NCBI RefSeq assembly: GCF_964204865.1
Contig: NC_135254.1
Location: forward strand, 17,236,001 to 17,300,000
Length of the DNA: 64,000 bases
Source: Styela clava
Taxonomy: Eukaryota
Direction of reading: 5' to 3'
Shown: piece after piece, positions 40,801 to 51,978 of the stretch
Layout: each line of letters opens with the position of its first letter
How positions within the stretch are numbered: the first letter of the stretch is position 1
Notes under the pieces: model-generated
Told to the model about the DNA's origin: nothing
The model's input: only the letters and a program-made list of their open reading frames with translations
Databases searched by the model: none
Program-made: the position numbers and the translations under genes

Positions 40801-43629
40801 TGTTGTTCATTTATACTTCCGTAAGCAAGTCGTTGCATAAACAATAATGCGATATACACACTATGATATTTTTTTTATAAATATTTTTCTCTTTTTTGGA
40901 ATAGTTTAAAAAAATTCATTTTGGGAAGTTAGCTTCACAGTTTCAATCCAAAATGGTAAAAAATTATATATCAATCAAATCCACATTTATCTTATTTTTC
41001 CTGCATTTCCAAATACAAACCTTCTGAATAAACATCTTGTGTTCCTCTATGTGTTCCTCGTTTAACATGGGTAATATTTTGGAATGTTTTCAGAACAGTC
41101 AGTTATTTAGTATTGGTCATTCCTGGTTGAGATAATAAATTTAGATTAGAATTCAGTAATATATATAAATACCTTTCATTAAACTATTTGGAAATTTAGT
41201 TATTTATGTAGCCTCTATAATTTTACAGTTCCACATCTACAAATGAGATTGCGATTTATACAAGACCAAATCAAAAATTTGATGATTTTTTTGAAGCCAT
41301 CAGCAGAAGAAATGACACTTTCTATGTTGTCTCGCTAAATCGGGTATAGTAATAGTATTATAACAAGTTATACAATTATAAATTATTTGATATAAATAGC
41401 TTTTTTAGTTTCACTTTATTAATCAAGATTTTATAAAATAGCATATATGTAAAGCGTAGCTATGGTATTGCTTAGTGCAATTGACTCGTTTTTTTTAATG
41501 TTATCTTTTTTTCGTAACCGATAGACCTGTCGGTTCTGAATTTCAATACTTTAAGACGAAACAAGTCGCTAGAAGTCTATTAGTTTATCTTTTATCATCA
41601 AATTCTTTGGAAGTCTGATTCACCCCAAATAACATTTGGTGCAATTTTTTTAACATTTGGTGCAATTTTGCAGTCATGGTGGTTGCCATTTGACCACCAT
41701 GCTCATATATTTGCATTGTTCCATTATTTTTCCCCTTCATAATAAAGTAAATTATTAAATGCTGTTATATTTGTACAGGACCATTTATTATTGCCGGCAT
41801 CTGTTCAAAATACTTCATCAAGAATGAAGATGGCTCTTGTTATGCCTGCTGTCACCTCCAAAGGTATGACAGTTTGGTATTTTCATTGATAGTTTTCATT
41901 TTCTAATTTCAATCGGGATGGTAATTTTCATTTGGCTAAAGCAGGGTTGGTTACTTAAATTTTTAAAGAATAAAATAATGTTTTAGAATATGGGTCATTG
42001 AATATTTTCTAAATTGGGTCAACAAAGAGCTTATTGAAGTCGATGTAAATTCAAAGTTCTGATTGTAACAGTATTTCATTAGTTCAAGACTTCAGTTGCT
42101 GAAAATTCTTGAAGCCTTGAGAAGTTGCTGGAAATTTTTTTGTGTTTGATAGATGAATTTTGTTATATTGTATCAAATTCAATATGGCAATGACAAATCA
42201 AAATTTTGTGTTATTTGACGTTATACTAGCCAAACAGTACCTTGTGTTTATGTAATATCTCCCTGCTCCTACTGGTTGTAAATTAACAGCATCAACTATT
42301 TTAAGGTGGTTCTGCACATGATCATGTATCAGATGAATATGAAACAATGATTCATATTGAATGTGAGGTTCTAAACACAAGGATGTTCGACTTGAAACGG
42401 AAAGATGTTCCCGATTATCTGAATATTAACCCTAACATAAAGACTATAGGTAGGTAACTAATACCACTTGAAGAAGCTTTAAGTAAGGTTGGTTTATAGC
42501 AGTGGTTCCCAACTTGGAACTCTTCATTTTCCCCTCAATGTACATAAAAACTACTTTAATTGCTCGATTTTTAATGAATCCTTAGTCATTATTCGCACTC
42601 GCTCTTCTGTACAGTTCAAGTAGTTATGATGTGCCTAAATAAGCTTTCTAGTAGTAATAATAAGAAATATAGAATATTAGTGGTTGTACTACAGCAACTA
42701 CTAAGCAAAATTTCCTCTTGAGAATAAAAAAGTCTCCCCGGGGTAGGGAATTCTTCCTTGATTGGAAAACGCTGGTTTATAGTATGTCGACTATGTCAAT
42801 TTTTCACAGACAATGCAGCGAATGATACATTATCAAGCGATAAGGAAGGTCCCACAACAAAGAAAAGAAATATAAAAAGGAATTCCAAAAAAATTTGGAA
42901 AAAGTCACCTGCTACAAAGAAACAACGAAAAATTAAAGGTATGTACCATTATGTGTATTTGAGTTACTTTTGGACATGAACTCAGTATTGTTATCTTTTA
43001 AGGAAGCAACCTAATGTAAGCCTCACCCTTCTACAAGTTGGTTGGTACAAAACAGTTGAACCTATGACAAATACTAATTTAAATAAATAGAATTAAGCGG
43101 AAATCTTAAAATGTAATATTAAAAAACTATTTTAATATTTCAACTATAGAGTTTTGGAAGTAAGTAATGTTGTCCTTTTATAAGAGTCAATTACTTTTTC
43201 ATATAAGCCTATTTTGTTTGAGTATTTCATCCGTTGATACTAAATGTGTGTACCAATATGGAGGTAACTAATTTTGTTTGCCTATTTTACATTAAGTTGT
43301 GTTAAGGGACTGAAACCTATGGGCAGGGAGTATATTCATGTGGCTAACACAGACAGTCTCGAACTCATGATAGAACTAAAATAAGGAAAATGGTAATAAA
43401 ATCATGCCCTACATTTCATACCTGGTACACACACTATGGGAGTACCAAGTATTCAACCACATACTGAACACTAAGTAGTAGTATGTCACCTTACAGTGAA
43501 ATGTATATTCAAAATGACTTTTTTTTTAAAGAGAAAGAAAAAACTGAAGAACAGAAAAATCAAGAAGAAGATGCTTTCGTTTCTGATGTCACGGACCACG
43601 ATCGTTTCTATGAAATTCCCCCCACATAA
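22850..43629 (+). CDS. ATF6: ATF6 (ER-membrane bZIP transcription factor of the unfolded protein response), about 25 coding exons
   Basis: N-terminal LFLENNLLSEDDW (exon 22850-22910); bZIP KRHQRMIKNRASACESRQRRKE-YLKTLE (about 34833-35372); TM KKAACLLMLMLFIGINFSPIG; S1P site RHLL (about 36362); luminal motifs [42 protein letters not shown]...KMALVMPA and IHIECEVLNTR; stop at 43627-43629. Confidence 0.95.
23835..24378. mobile_element. Non-autonomous hAT (Charlie-like) element in an ATF6 intron
   Basis: TIRs caggggtcgggaacc / ggttcccgacccctg; 8-bp TSD ATCTAGAG. Confidence 0.9.
25779..25971 (-). mobile_element. About 200-bp Merlin-like MITE (family A)
   Basis: Termini ggtactcc / ggagcgcc; 8-bp TSD CAAAGGAC; internal block caaaattagttacctcca shared with five other copies. 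Confidence 0.85.
26900..29016. mobile_element. 2.1-kb non-autonomous hAT element carrying a nested element and internal tandem repeats
   Basis: TIRs cagggttgtccaa / ttggccatccctg; 8-bp TSD CCTGCAAT; subterminal TATTCGAA/CGAATA motifs at both ends. Confidence 0.88.
27234..28009. mobile_element. Tc1/pogo-like non-autonomous element nested in the hAT element
   Basis: 23-bp TIRs ccgtatttcccggctaataagtc / gacttattagccgggaaatacgg; TA on the right flank and TC on the left. Confidence 0.8.
30833..31030 (-). mobile_element. Merlin-like MITE (family A)
   Basis: Family A sequence; TSD CTTCTATC / CTTCTATT. Confidence 0.8.
32336..32549 (+). mobile_element. Merlin-like MITE (family A); further copies at about 34976-35198, 43245-43446 and 50399-50606
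   Basis: Shared sequence gtgtgtaccaatatggaggtaactaattttg...taacctggtacacatactacgg.agtac. Confidence 0.85.
33653..33724 (+). repeat. Minisatellite, 3 x 24 bp
   Basis: Unit accacctcactcagggWWcaataa repeated head to tail. Confidence 0.9.
33894..34129. mobile_element. Palindromic Merlin-like MITE with about 80-bp TIRs
   Basis: ggggctcccgaagtatgcgaaccaagatggcggacatcggaa... is inverted at the other end; 8-bp TSD AGAAAAAG. Confidence 0.88.
36852..37138. mobile_element. hAT (Charlie-like) MITE; related copies at about 37729-37956 and 43779-44090
   Basis: Termini cagtggtt...aaccactg; 8-bp TSD CTTTGGAC; shared internal block aaatatccaaaataaggc.ggcaagatcaaatctaac. Confidence 0.85.
42500..42774. mobile_element. 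hAT-like MITE
   Basis: Termini cagtggttccc / ggaaaacgctg; 8-bp TSD GTTTATAG. Confidence 0.75.
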
Positions 43630-46600
43630 CAAATGAATTATTCAAATATCACTTTTCAAGGATAAACATGAAATAAAGAATGATAATGAAGCATGAATGA
43701 CTTGTAGTACAGAAAAAAAAAAAATTTTCAAACTTTTTCTGGATTGATAAGATTAAAAAGCTCGGAATTACTCTATTCCAGTGGTTATCAAAATTTTTAA
43801 GTTGCGCTTCCTTTTTAGAATTTGTCAAGTCTCGCGCCCCACCGTGAAAAATATTAGCTAATAATAAGCTACAAATAACAGATTTGAAGACGAAAGTATG
43901 TTTTACTCAAAAAACACGTTGATGGAGCGGGAACAATAAAATAAATGAAAAGTTTTGAAATGTAAATATCCAAAATAAAGCGGGCAAGATCAAATCTAAC
44001 AAATATTTTTATTTTCAATCAGCTCCACATCCCCTCAAAAAAATTGTCTACACCCTCTTGTGGGACGCGCCCCACCGTTTGATAGCCACTGTTCTAATGT
44101 AACCTGATACCGTAGGCAACAGAGCCGAGACCCCACCACACAAGTTAGTTGAAATGTTGTCTTGCCCTATCGCAATATCTGAAACTTTTTTTTCCTAACA
44201 AATGAATTTAAAGTGCCTTCAAATTTAAAATTTTAAATCACATGAAATTAATGGAACATTTTTTAAACTCGATGTCAACTCGAATTAGCTCATTTTTTTT
44301 TTATCTATTTTAACCACTGTGTTGTCGATTATTGAGATTGAATGAAAACAATCATAAAAACACTGAGTACCCTGACAACCTCAGTACCCTATAATGAAAT
44401 AGATTTTCGTTTGTCAAAAACCTGTTATTTCATGAGAATTTTGTACATATTTTTTGAAGTTGAATAGGCATTAAAATATTTTACTTGTTTTTTCGTGGTG
44501 ATTTGCAATATTATTTCGATTGGCCTTGTCTGTCTAATTTTTTTATGATAAAAATTTTCTGTTTTGTAACAGAGTTGAGTTTGTCTTCTTGCTCGTTTCT
44601 TCTTGTGAATTTGAATGAATGAATCTTCAAAGCCAGCTGATCTATTCCATTAATTGACAAGATTTTCATATTTACCTTGAAAGTACGGGAAAAATAATAA
44701 TAGGGCTTTATTGTATAAAATTGTATCCTTCAGTTCCATTTCAATATGTGTTGGATTATTGAGAAAACCGTAACTGGTAAATGGTTTTAAATATCATCCT
44801 ATGACGGCAAGTGTGTTGATAGGTCAAATATTGTTTCCTTATTGAGTCTTTAATCAGTTCTGCAGCGCATGTTTTAATTTCCAGAAGTACTCATTTTACA
44901 GGAGTAAGCAAAGAAGTACAACTCTTTTCTGCTTATGCCCTAATTTTTTTTCGAAAATTATTAGTTCTCGTTCTAGACTACTTTTTAAAATAGTTTTTTT
45001 TATAGTTATGTTGTGGTAAATTCAGGCAGAAATTCTTCTCCTAAATAATTGTTTTATTTGTCTATCAAAAGTAGACATGCCATATATTTGAAGCATATTT
45101 TTACCCGTAATATTTGTTTATCAAACATAAACAAAAAAATCTATATAGAATCATGATAATATAATTGTATATTCATAAAGTTTCAACGGTGCTATAATAT
45201 ATTATATTTCATTTTTGCTTATTCATTTTTATTTTGAATGTTGGTGTTGTAGCAATTTTATTTTTTAATTTCTCGTGAGTATTGTATTCGTTTTGTATCT
45301 TCTTCATAATTGTCAGACGATACTACACAGTTGTTGCTATTATATCACATACATGATCTTGCTTCAATTTTTATTTTGGGCATGTTGGCAGGACATTCAT
45401 TGTCTTATTTGACTAATTTTCAACATTCTGCCTAAAATGTGCCAATCCTGTCTGCTATTTCGCTGAATCTTAATTATGAAACACACCCAGGCTTGTGGAC
45501 TCGGTCAAACTTGGTCTCAAATGGAAGTTCTGTTGTGAGCACTTTCGCTATATTTTTAGAATAAAAATTATATTAGGCGGAACAACTGAAAATTAATTCA
45601 AATCTAAAAAATCTGTGGTCTCAGTTTGGGAATTAAAAATATCAAATTCCTTTATGTTTATAATTACAAGAATTTACCTAGATATATTTAATTGAAATCT
45701 GCGTAAATATATTATAGAAATATATTAAAAATTCAGCAAATTGTATTTATTGTTGTTGTGATCATCTATGCTTGTTTGTGGTAGTTGTACGAATCTGTGA
45801 TTATTCTTTGATCGTTTATGAAGTAGTACGGAAATAAACAGCTTCAAGCAAATGCAGGAGTTTTAATATGTGAGCAAATCCAACTGTCTGCTTTAGTCAG
45901 ATCATTGTGCTGTAAGTCTAGAATTGTGGTTCCCAATCTTTTTTTTTCGTGACCCACTTTTGTTGCATAAAAAATTCTGTGGCCGATCTACTTTCTTATG
46001 CAAGAGAAAAACCAGGAAAACAAGAAATTTTTTTCCCAAAGATAACCACTTGAAATAATTGAAATGAGAATTACCGCCCAAAGCCAAAAAGCAACAGCAT
46101 CACTCAAAGTTTTAAACTAATTTATCAATAACTCTGGCAATAGGTTTGTGGCCACCTGAAAATAACTCTGTGGGCCATGGCACGCTGTGGGCGCTGAAAG
46201 GTTTTTAGAATTGTGGGCAGGCTGTGTACTGTAATGATACGTTTTGTAAACTTCATGGGAAGTATAGGTCTTATATTTGTGAGCTTTCAATAAAATGAAA
46301 AAAATCATTGAATGAAAAAACTTGTCGCCAACTTTGATTGAACGTAGTTTATTTGACACACAGCGTCATTCTTATGCGGAAAGCACATCGATGCTATCAT
46401 TGCAAGTGCAAACTTCCCATATGACGTGTCTGGCTAAGCATACACAACAACGCAATCAAGAATGAATGATCCGCGCGTATGTATGTCATGTTGTTTTATC
46501 TCGTCATCGGAAGTGTTATTAAAAGTTTCAGAGCGAGAACCTGTCTGACCAATATCGTTACAGTCAAGCTGGCCAAGCAGCCAGCAGTGATCAGACTTCA

Positions 46601-46861
46601 GCCACACTCTATGAAGAGTGATGGCAGCTGGAAACAGTAGCCTATTTAGTAAATAGCAACGTACAGATATTTAAAAAAACATTCAGGCTTACTCCATGAA
46701 CTCACAAAATACCAAGATAGTGAAACGTAGGCTACTCTGATATAGAATATCGCGAAATAGGTCACCGAGGCCTTATTATTTACGATATATATATATAATT
46801 CGACGAAGCAGTGAAAGAATCGAAAATGCAATGACCTAGATCAGACGAAGCGAGGTAGATG

Positions 46862-46989
46862 AAGCTCAGGAATTATACAATTGAACAATTATGTTGAAAT
46901 AAAGCGTACCGCTTACCGAAATGCTAAGCTCAGGAATTATACAATTGAACAATTATGTTGAAATAAAGCGTACCGCTTACCGAAATGCT
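46862..46989 (+). repeat. Perfect tandem duplication, 2 x 64 bp
   Basis: aagctcaggaattatacaattgaacaattatgttgaaataaagcgtaccgcttaccgaaatgct occurs twice. Confidence 0.95.
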
Positions 46990-47266
46990 ATGCGGAAATC
47001 TACGTGAAATTGAGTTGTAGGGGAGGTGGTGTATTAGTTGAAGTATTTAGAGGAATATCTCAATATAACTACTTTGGAGATTAATAATCACTGTCGATTC
47101 AAAACCCCATTCAACTCACAACAATGTTTTTCATCATTGTTTTTCGTGTAAGCCCTCATATATTTGCATTTTCATTTAGTCTGTATAATTAATTTGTAGT
47201 TTTATCAGCAATAAATATCAACTGTAAATACAGAAACGATTAGAAATCAGTATATTTATTATATAA

Positions 47267-50200
47267 ATGGCATCGTGCATATTTGATGACGACCTGAAAG
47301 GCAAAAATGAAAAGCTCGAACTCGAACGAATATCTAACGAGGCGGATATGTCGATAACAAGTGAAAATTTCAGCAAATTTCTTGACGAAAAACATCCTCT
47401 CTCGTTTTTAAGGGAAGAGTTCATATTTCCATTAATTAAATACAACGAAAATGGTGAGCATTTTATTATGAAACATTGTGTAGAATGTAGATTATGCTTG
47501 TACTCTACCGATTTATTATGAATCATCTAAGCATGTATATTAATGCTATGAATGTAACTTACAGCCGATTCTTCTCTTGTAAACGTAGACGAAAAATGCA
47601 TTTATATGTGTGGTAATTCACTGGGACTCCAGCCAAAGAGAACCGTTGAGTTGTCACAGCAGGTAATCATTTACGGGCATAATCTCTAAGCTAAAAACCT
47701 ATATAAGTAAGAAGTACCACAGGTAGAAGCTAATAATGATCCAACGAGCTGGTCAACAAGTAATTTACAAAGCAACATGACATTATGTACATAAGATACA
47801 CGCAATTGTGTATTGTATTTAACGAGTTTTGTATTGTAGTTTATTAACTATACCCACACATCTACCAGATATATTTAAGGATTTAGCGTAGATGAAAAAC
47901 CGACCTGAAACTATATACATACAGAACATTTTATTTTGCAATTGCTTTTGACCATTTTTAGTATTGAGGGAAATCAGCTTTGTCTCACATCAGATATTTA
48001 TAATATATAATGCCACTTAAACTACATTCTTTGTATTACGAATACAAAATTACCGTTGTATTCCTCGTGAAAATAGTAATTACTTCATTTACGACATAGG
48101 TACTTGACATGATGGCTCAAGATGAAATCTTGTCGGGGGAGAAATGCTATACCAAGCCTGATCCAGACATGATGTCACAAATGGCAAAAATAGTTGGCGC
48201 TAATGTCGACGAGGTGATACTTTTTTGAATAAGATTAATTAGAATGGTATTGATTATTCTGAAATTTCAAGCAAAGCAAAATAGGAAAAAAACAATTGAC
48301 AGAAGATCTTATTTACAAAAAAGTGATCCGGAAGTCATCCGCATAACGATGATGAAACTATAATATCAATTGCCGTTTGCCGTAATGCAAATATTTATCT
48401 TACTAGCAAATTTTCAAACCTGAACCTTCGGTCGTATTGCAAGCTTTCATTTTGTGGATTCCGGAAATTATCATAGCGCGAGCATTTGCATTTTAGTCAC
48501 TTATCAAGCCTTGATAAATTTTAGTTTCACAAAGTTTTCGTGTGGGAGAAAGAGCCTGAACAAAAACATACACAATATGGACTATCTACCAATATGAATT
48601 ACTATATAAAATAACAATACATTAAGTTCCCTTTTATGTATAGATCGCTGTTATGAATGGACTAACAGTAAATCTCCACTTGCTATTGGTGTCATTTTAT
48701 CGACCAACTGCGAAACGACACAAGATTTTAATTGAAAGCAAAGCATTTCCATCAGATCACTACATGGCAGAATCTCAGATTCAATACCATGGATTTGATC
48801 CAAAAACTAGTTTGATAACATTGGAGCCTCGACCAGTGAGTTTTTTTTTCTTTTGTGCTTGCTTGATGGTGATACCATACAAATATTTTCATTACAAAGT
48901 CTAGTATTTTTACCAACCATATTTGACGTGCTCATTGGGCCATAGTTTTTAATATAATATGAAGCCTGTATGTTCATATTTTGTGACAAGATGGCATTTA
49001 GTGGAAACTGGATTAATTTTCAATATGTACCCTATAAAGCAGTGGTTCTCAAACCCCCCCCCCCCCCCCCAAAAAATTTTTTTGTCAACGTCACAATTGT
49101 GGGGTGCGTCTCACCGTTTGAGAACCACTGCTATAAAGTAACGTAACAAATCAAGCAACATAATGGTCACCATGAATAGATGCAAGACGTTTTAAACAAG
49201 CCAATACAAAGTTCGTCTTTTGTTTGTACGATGGACATTCGTCTCTGAAAAATCGCTTTTCTCTTCGAATACTGGACCAATTGCTTTGAAATTTTCAGTG
49301 GTTAATGATAAAAATTTTCTCCAGAAATCTATTACTTCCTTTTTCGCTATGACGTCACCAAAATTATGTGACTCTATGTTTCCATATATTTGAGCATAGC
49401 TTTCTTGTAATTGAATGAGTTTATTCCTCTTGCATAGGAAGAAGATACTCTTAGGCCTGAAGATATTATTGACTATATTGAAAAGGAGGGGGAATCTATC
49501 GCCGTGATTTTATTCCCAGGTGTTCAATATTACACTGGACAATTATTCGATATGGAATCCATTACAAATGCTGGTCACGCCAAAGGATGCTGGGTAAGTC
49601 ATTATTTTTCTCATATTTTTATACGGCGTAATTTTTGCGACAAACATTGCCCTATGGCCTATACAAGAAGAATCCACTGAGACGCAAGAGGCTACTATAA
49701 TTTCTAAAGATCGCAATCTGTACGGTTCGTAGCCTTGTTCGGAACAAAAGGCACCAGTAAGTCGTCGTATAAAATTCTTTGGACTGGCTAGACTCGTGCT
49801 ACAGTGTTGTATTTTTTCGAAAGCGTGCTGGTATACTTGCGTATTGTGGTATTACAATGTCTGACATAATCTAATGCTGTTGTTGTCGCTATATCAAAAT
49901 CTCGCCTTCTATTTTCAGGTTGGTTTTGACTTGGCGCATGCTGTGGGAAATGTTGAAATTCACTTACATAACTGGAATGTCGATTTTGCAGCATGGTGTA
50001 CATACAAATATCTCAATTCTGGCCCCGGTTGTATCGCAGGAGCATTTGTTCACGAAAAACACAAAAACAATAATTTCCCTAAATTTATGGGTAAGTAATT
50101 TGTTTATTTTAAATAAGATAGCATTTGCATAGATGTATATATACGCTGACTGACACATGATTCCATTGATACTTATAAGTAGTATTTATTCAATTATGTA

Positions 50201-51978
50201 TTTAAAAATAAAGCTTTAGTATAACAAAGAGTCATAAACACTATTAAAAAAAATGTGGGCAAAAACAAAATTTAAGACGCAAAAGAAAGAGCAGTTCTGT
50301 AAATGCTAGTGATGATAAATACGGCTGAATCAAATTAAATGCCGGAATAAAAGATAAAAGTTTATCGCGTCAATTGATTTCCTAAATAATAAATTACCGT
50401 GATCCCGTAGTGTGCGTACCAGTTTAGTGTTAGGCTATAATTTTATCCCGATTTTCCTTATCTTATTTCTCTTACGAGTTCGGGGACTGTCTGTGTTAGC
50501 CAAGTGAATATACCCCTGCTCATAGGTTTCAGTCCCTTTACACAACTTGATGTAAAGTAGGCGAACAAAATTAGTTACCTCCATATTGGTACACTTCTGT
50601 AGCACCGATTTTACTATGCCAGTAACTGTGAACATATTTACTAATTTACGAACAGATTAGTGTGTACAAGATCTAAATTGAGAAAATTAACTATACAGGA
50701 CCTTATCAGGGAGCGAATTCTACTGTAATAAGTGATTACGAAATATCGTCTCCCTGTCCCCTAATGATGGCAAGTGTGAGAGCAAGTATGGAAGTTTTTG
50801 CGAAAACTACAATTAAGAAACTACGAAATAAAAGCTTTTTCTTAACGGGGTAGGTGCTGCGTCGACTCTATAAGCGTTGATGCTCATGGCAACATCCTCA
50901 TATTGCATACCAATTGCGTAACTACATTGTAAACTGTACTGGTATCTCCCCCTAAACTTTGCATAAATTATGCCATTGACCGCCATACTATTTTAATGTT
51001 GAAATTTGAAGAAAAAAAATTGGAAGTGAAAAAAATTTAAAATCAATCATGAATCGGTGAGATTCGATTAGAGTTTCTGCACGTTCTTTTTCAATAAATA
51101 TTATGAACAGCATTTTTTTGGTATTATTAGAATTACAAGGACTAAAGATTCTGAAGTACATTACCGATTACATTTCAGTTATCATTTGAAAACTTCAAGT
51201 TTATAATATATACATGGTCTACAATGCATTTTGAATATCTGGTATTTAAAATATGTCCGTATGCTAAATGCTTGACTAAAGTAAATGATGTGACTAAATG
51301 CTACATTTTCCATGACAGGCTTCTAAAATATCTGATACAACATTTTTTTCCAATGTCAAACAAAGAATTAAACCTACCAACCGTATCCATAATCACGCCA
51401 GATAACTTCCAAGAACATGGCGCACAACTCTCATTAGTTTTTTCTGTTCCATTAATCGAGGTTTGTGGTTTTACTATTTATTTATAAAAAAAAATTTTAA
51501 GGAATATATATATATATATATATATAAGTTTACATAACTTTAACTAGATTCTATGGAATGTTTTCATTCCATCGACTGTATATTGTCGAAAGAGTAAGCG
51601 AAATCAAATTTACCTTTCTCCGTGGCAGCAACTCGTTAATACATCGATAATGTAGGCTGTACTCCTAATTGTATATGAGGTCAGAACATCAAGTATGTCC
51701 CACAGTTCGTTTTTAACTTCGTATATATATACGTCTATTTTAATTATGGATACATAATACTCATAGTTTATGACGTGGTATGTGGTTAATTTTGATACCT
51801 ATTTTCATAGATTCACAAAGAAATGACGAAACGAGGAGTCGTGTGTGATGTCAGGAAACCCAACGTTATTAGGATCGCTCCTACTCCTCTTTATTGCACA
51901 TTTCACGATGTATTTCGATTTGTGGAGGTTTTGAGAGAGTCATTTCAAGCAGCTTCGAGCATTATAATTCGAAAATAA
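47267..51978 (+). CDS. KYNU: Kynureninase-family PLP enzyme with a divergent active site; 9 exons (47267-47453, 47564-47661, 48100-48213, 48644-48836, 49438-49593, 49919-50090, 50699-50849, 51319-51460, 51811-51978)
   Basis: Motifs [70 protein letters not shown] (PLP lysine) and [17 protein letters not shown]; splice phases consistent. Confidence 0.93.
49040..49130. mobile_element. 91-bp hAT-like MITE
   Basis: 15-bp TIRs cagtggttctcaaac / gtttgagaaccactg; 8-bp TSD CTATAAAG. Confidence 0.9.

Noticed and set aside
46600-46640. Hammerhead-ribozyme-like core (tgaagag...gaaac)
   Set aside because: It lacks the CUGANGA core and I could not build the three stems.
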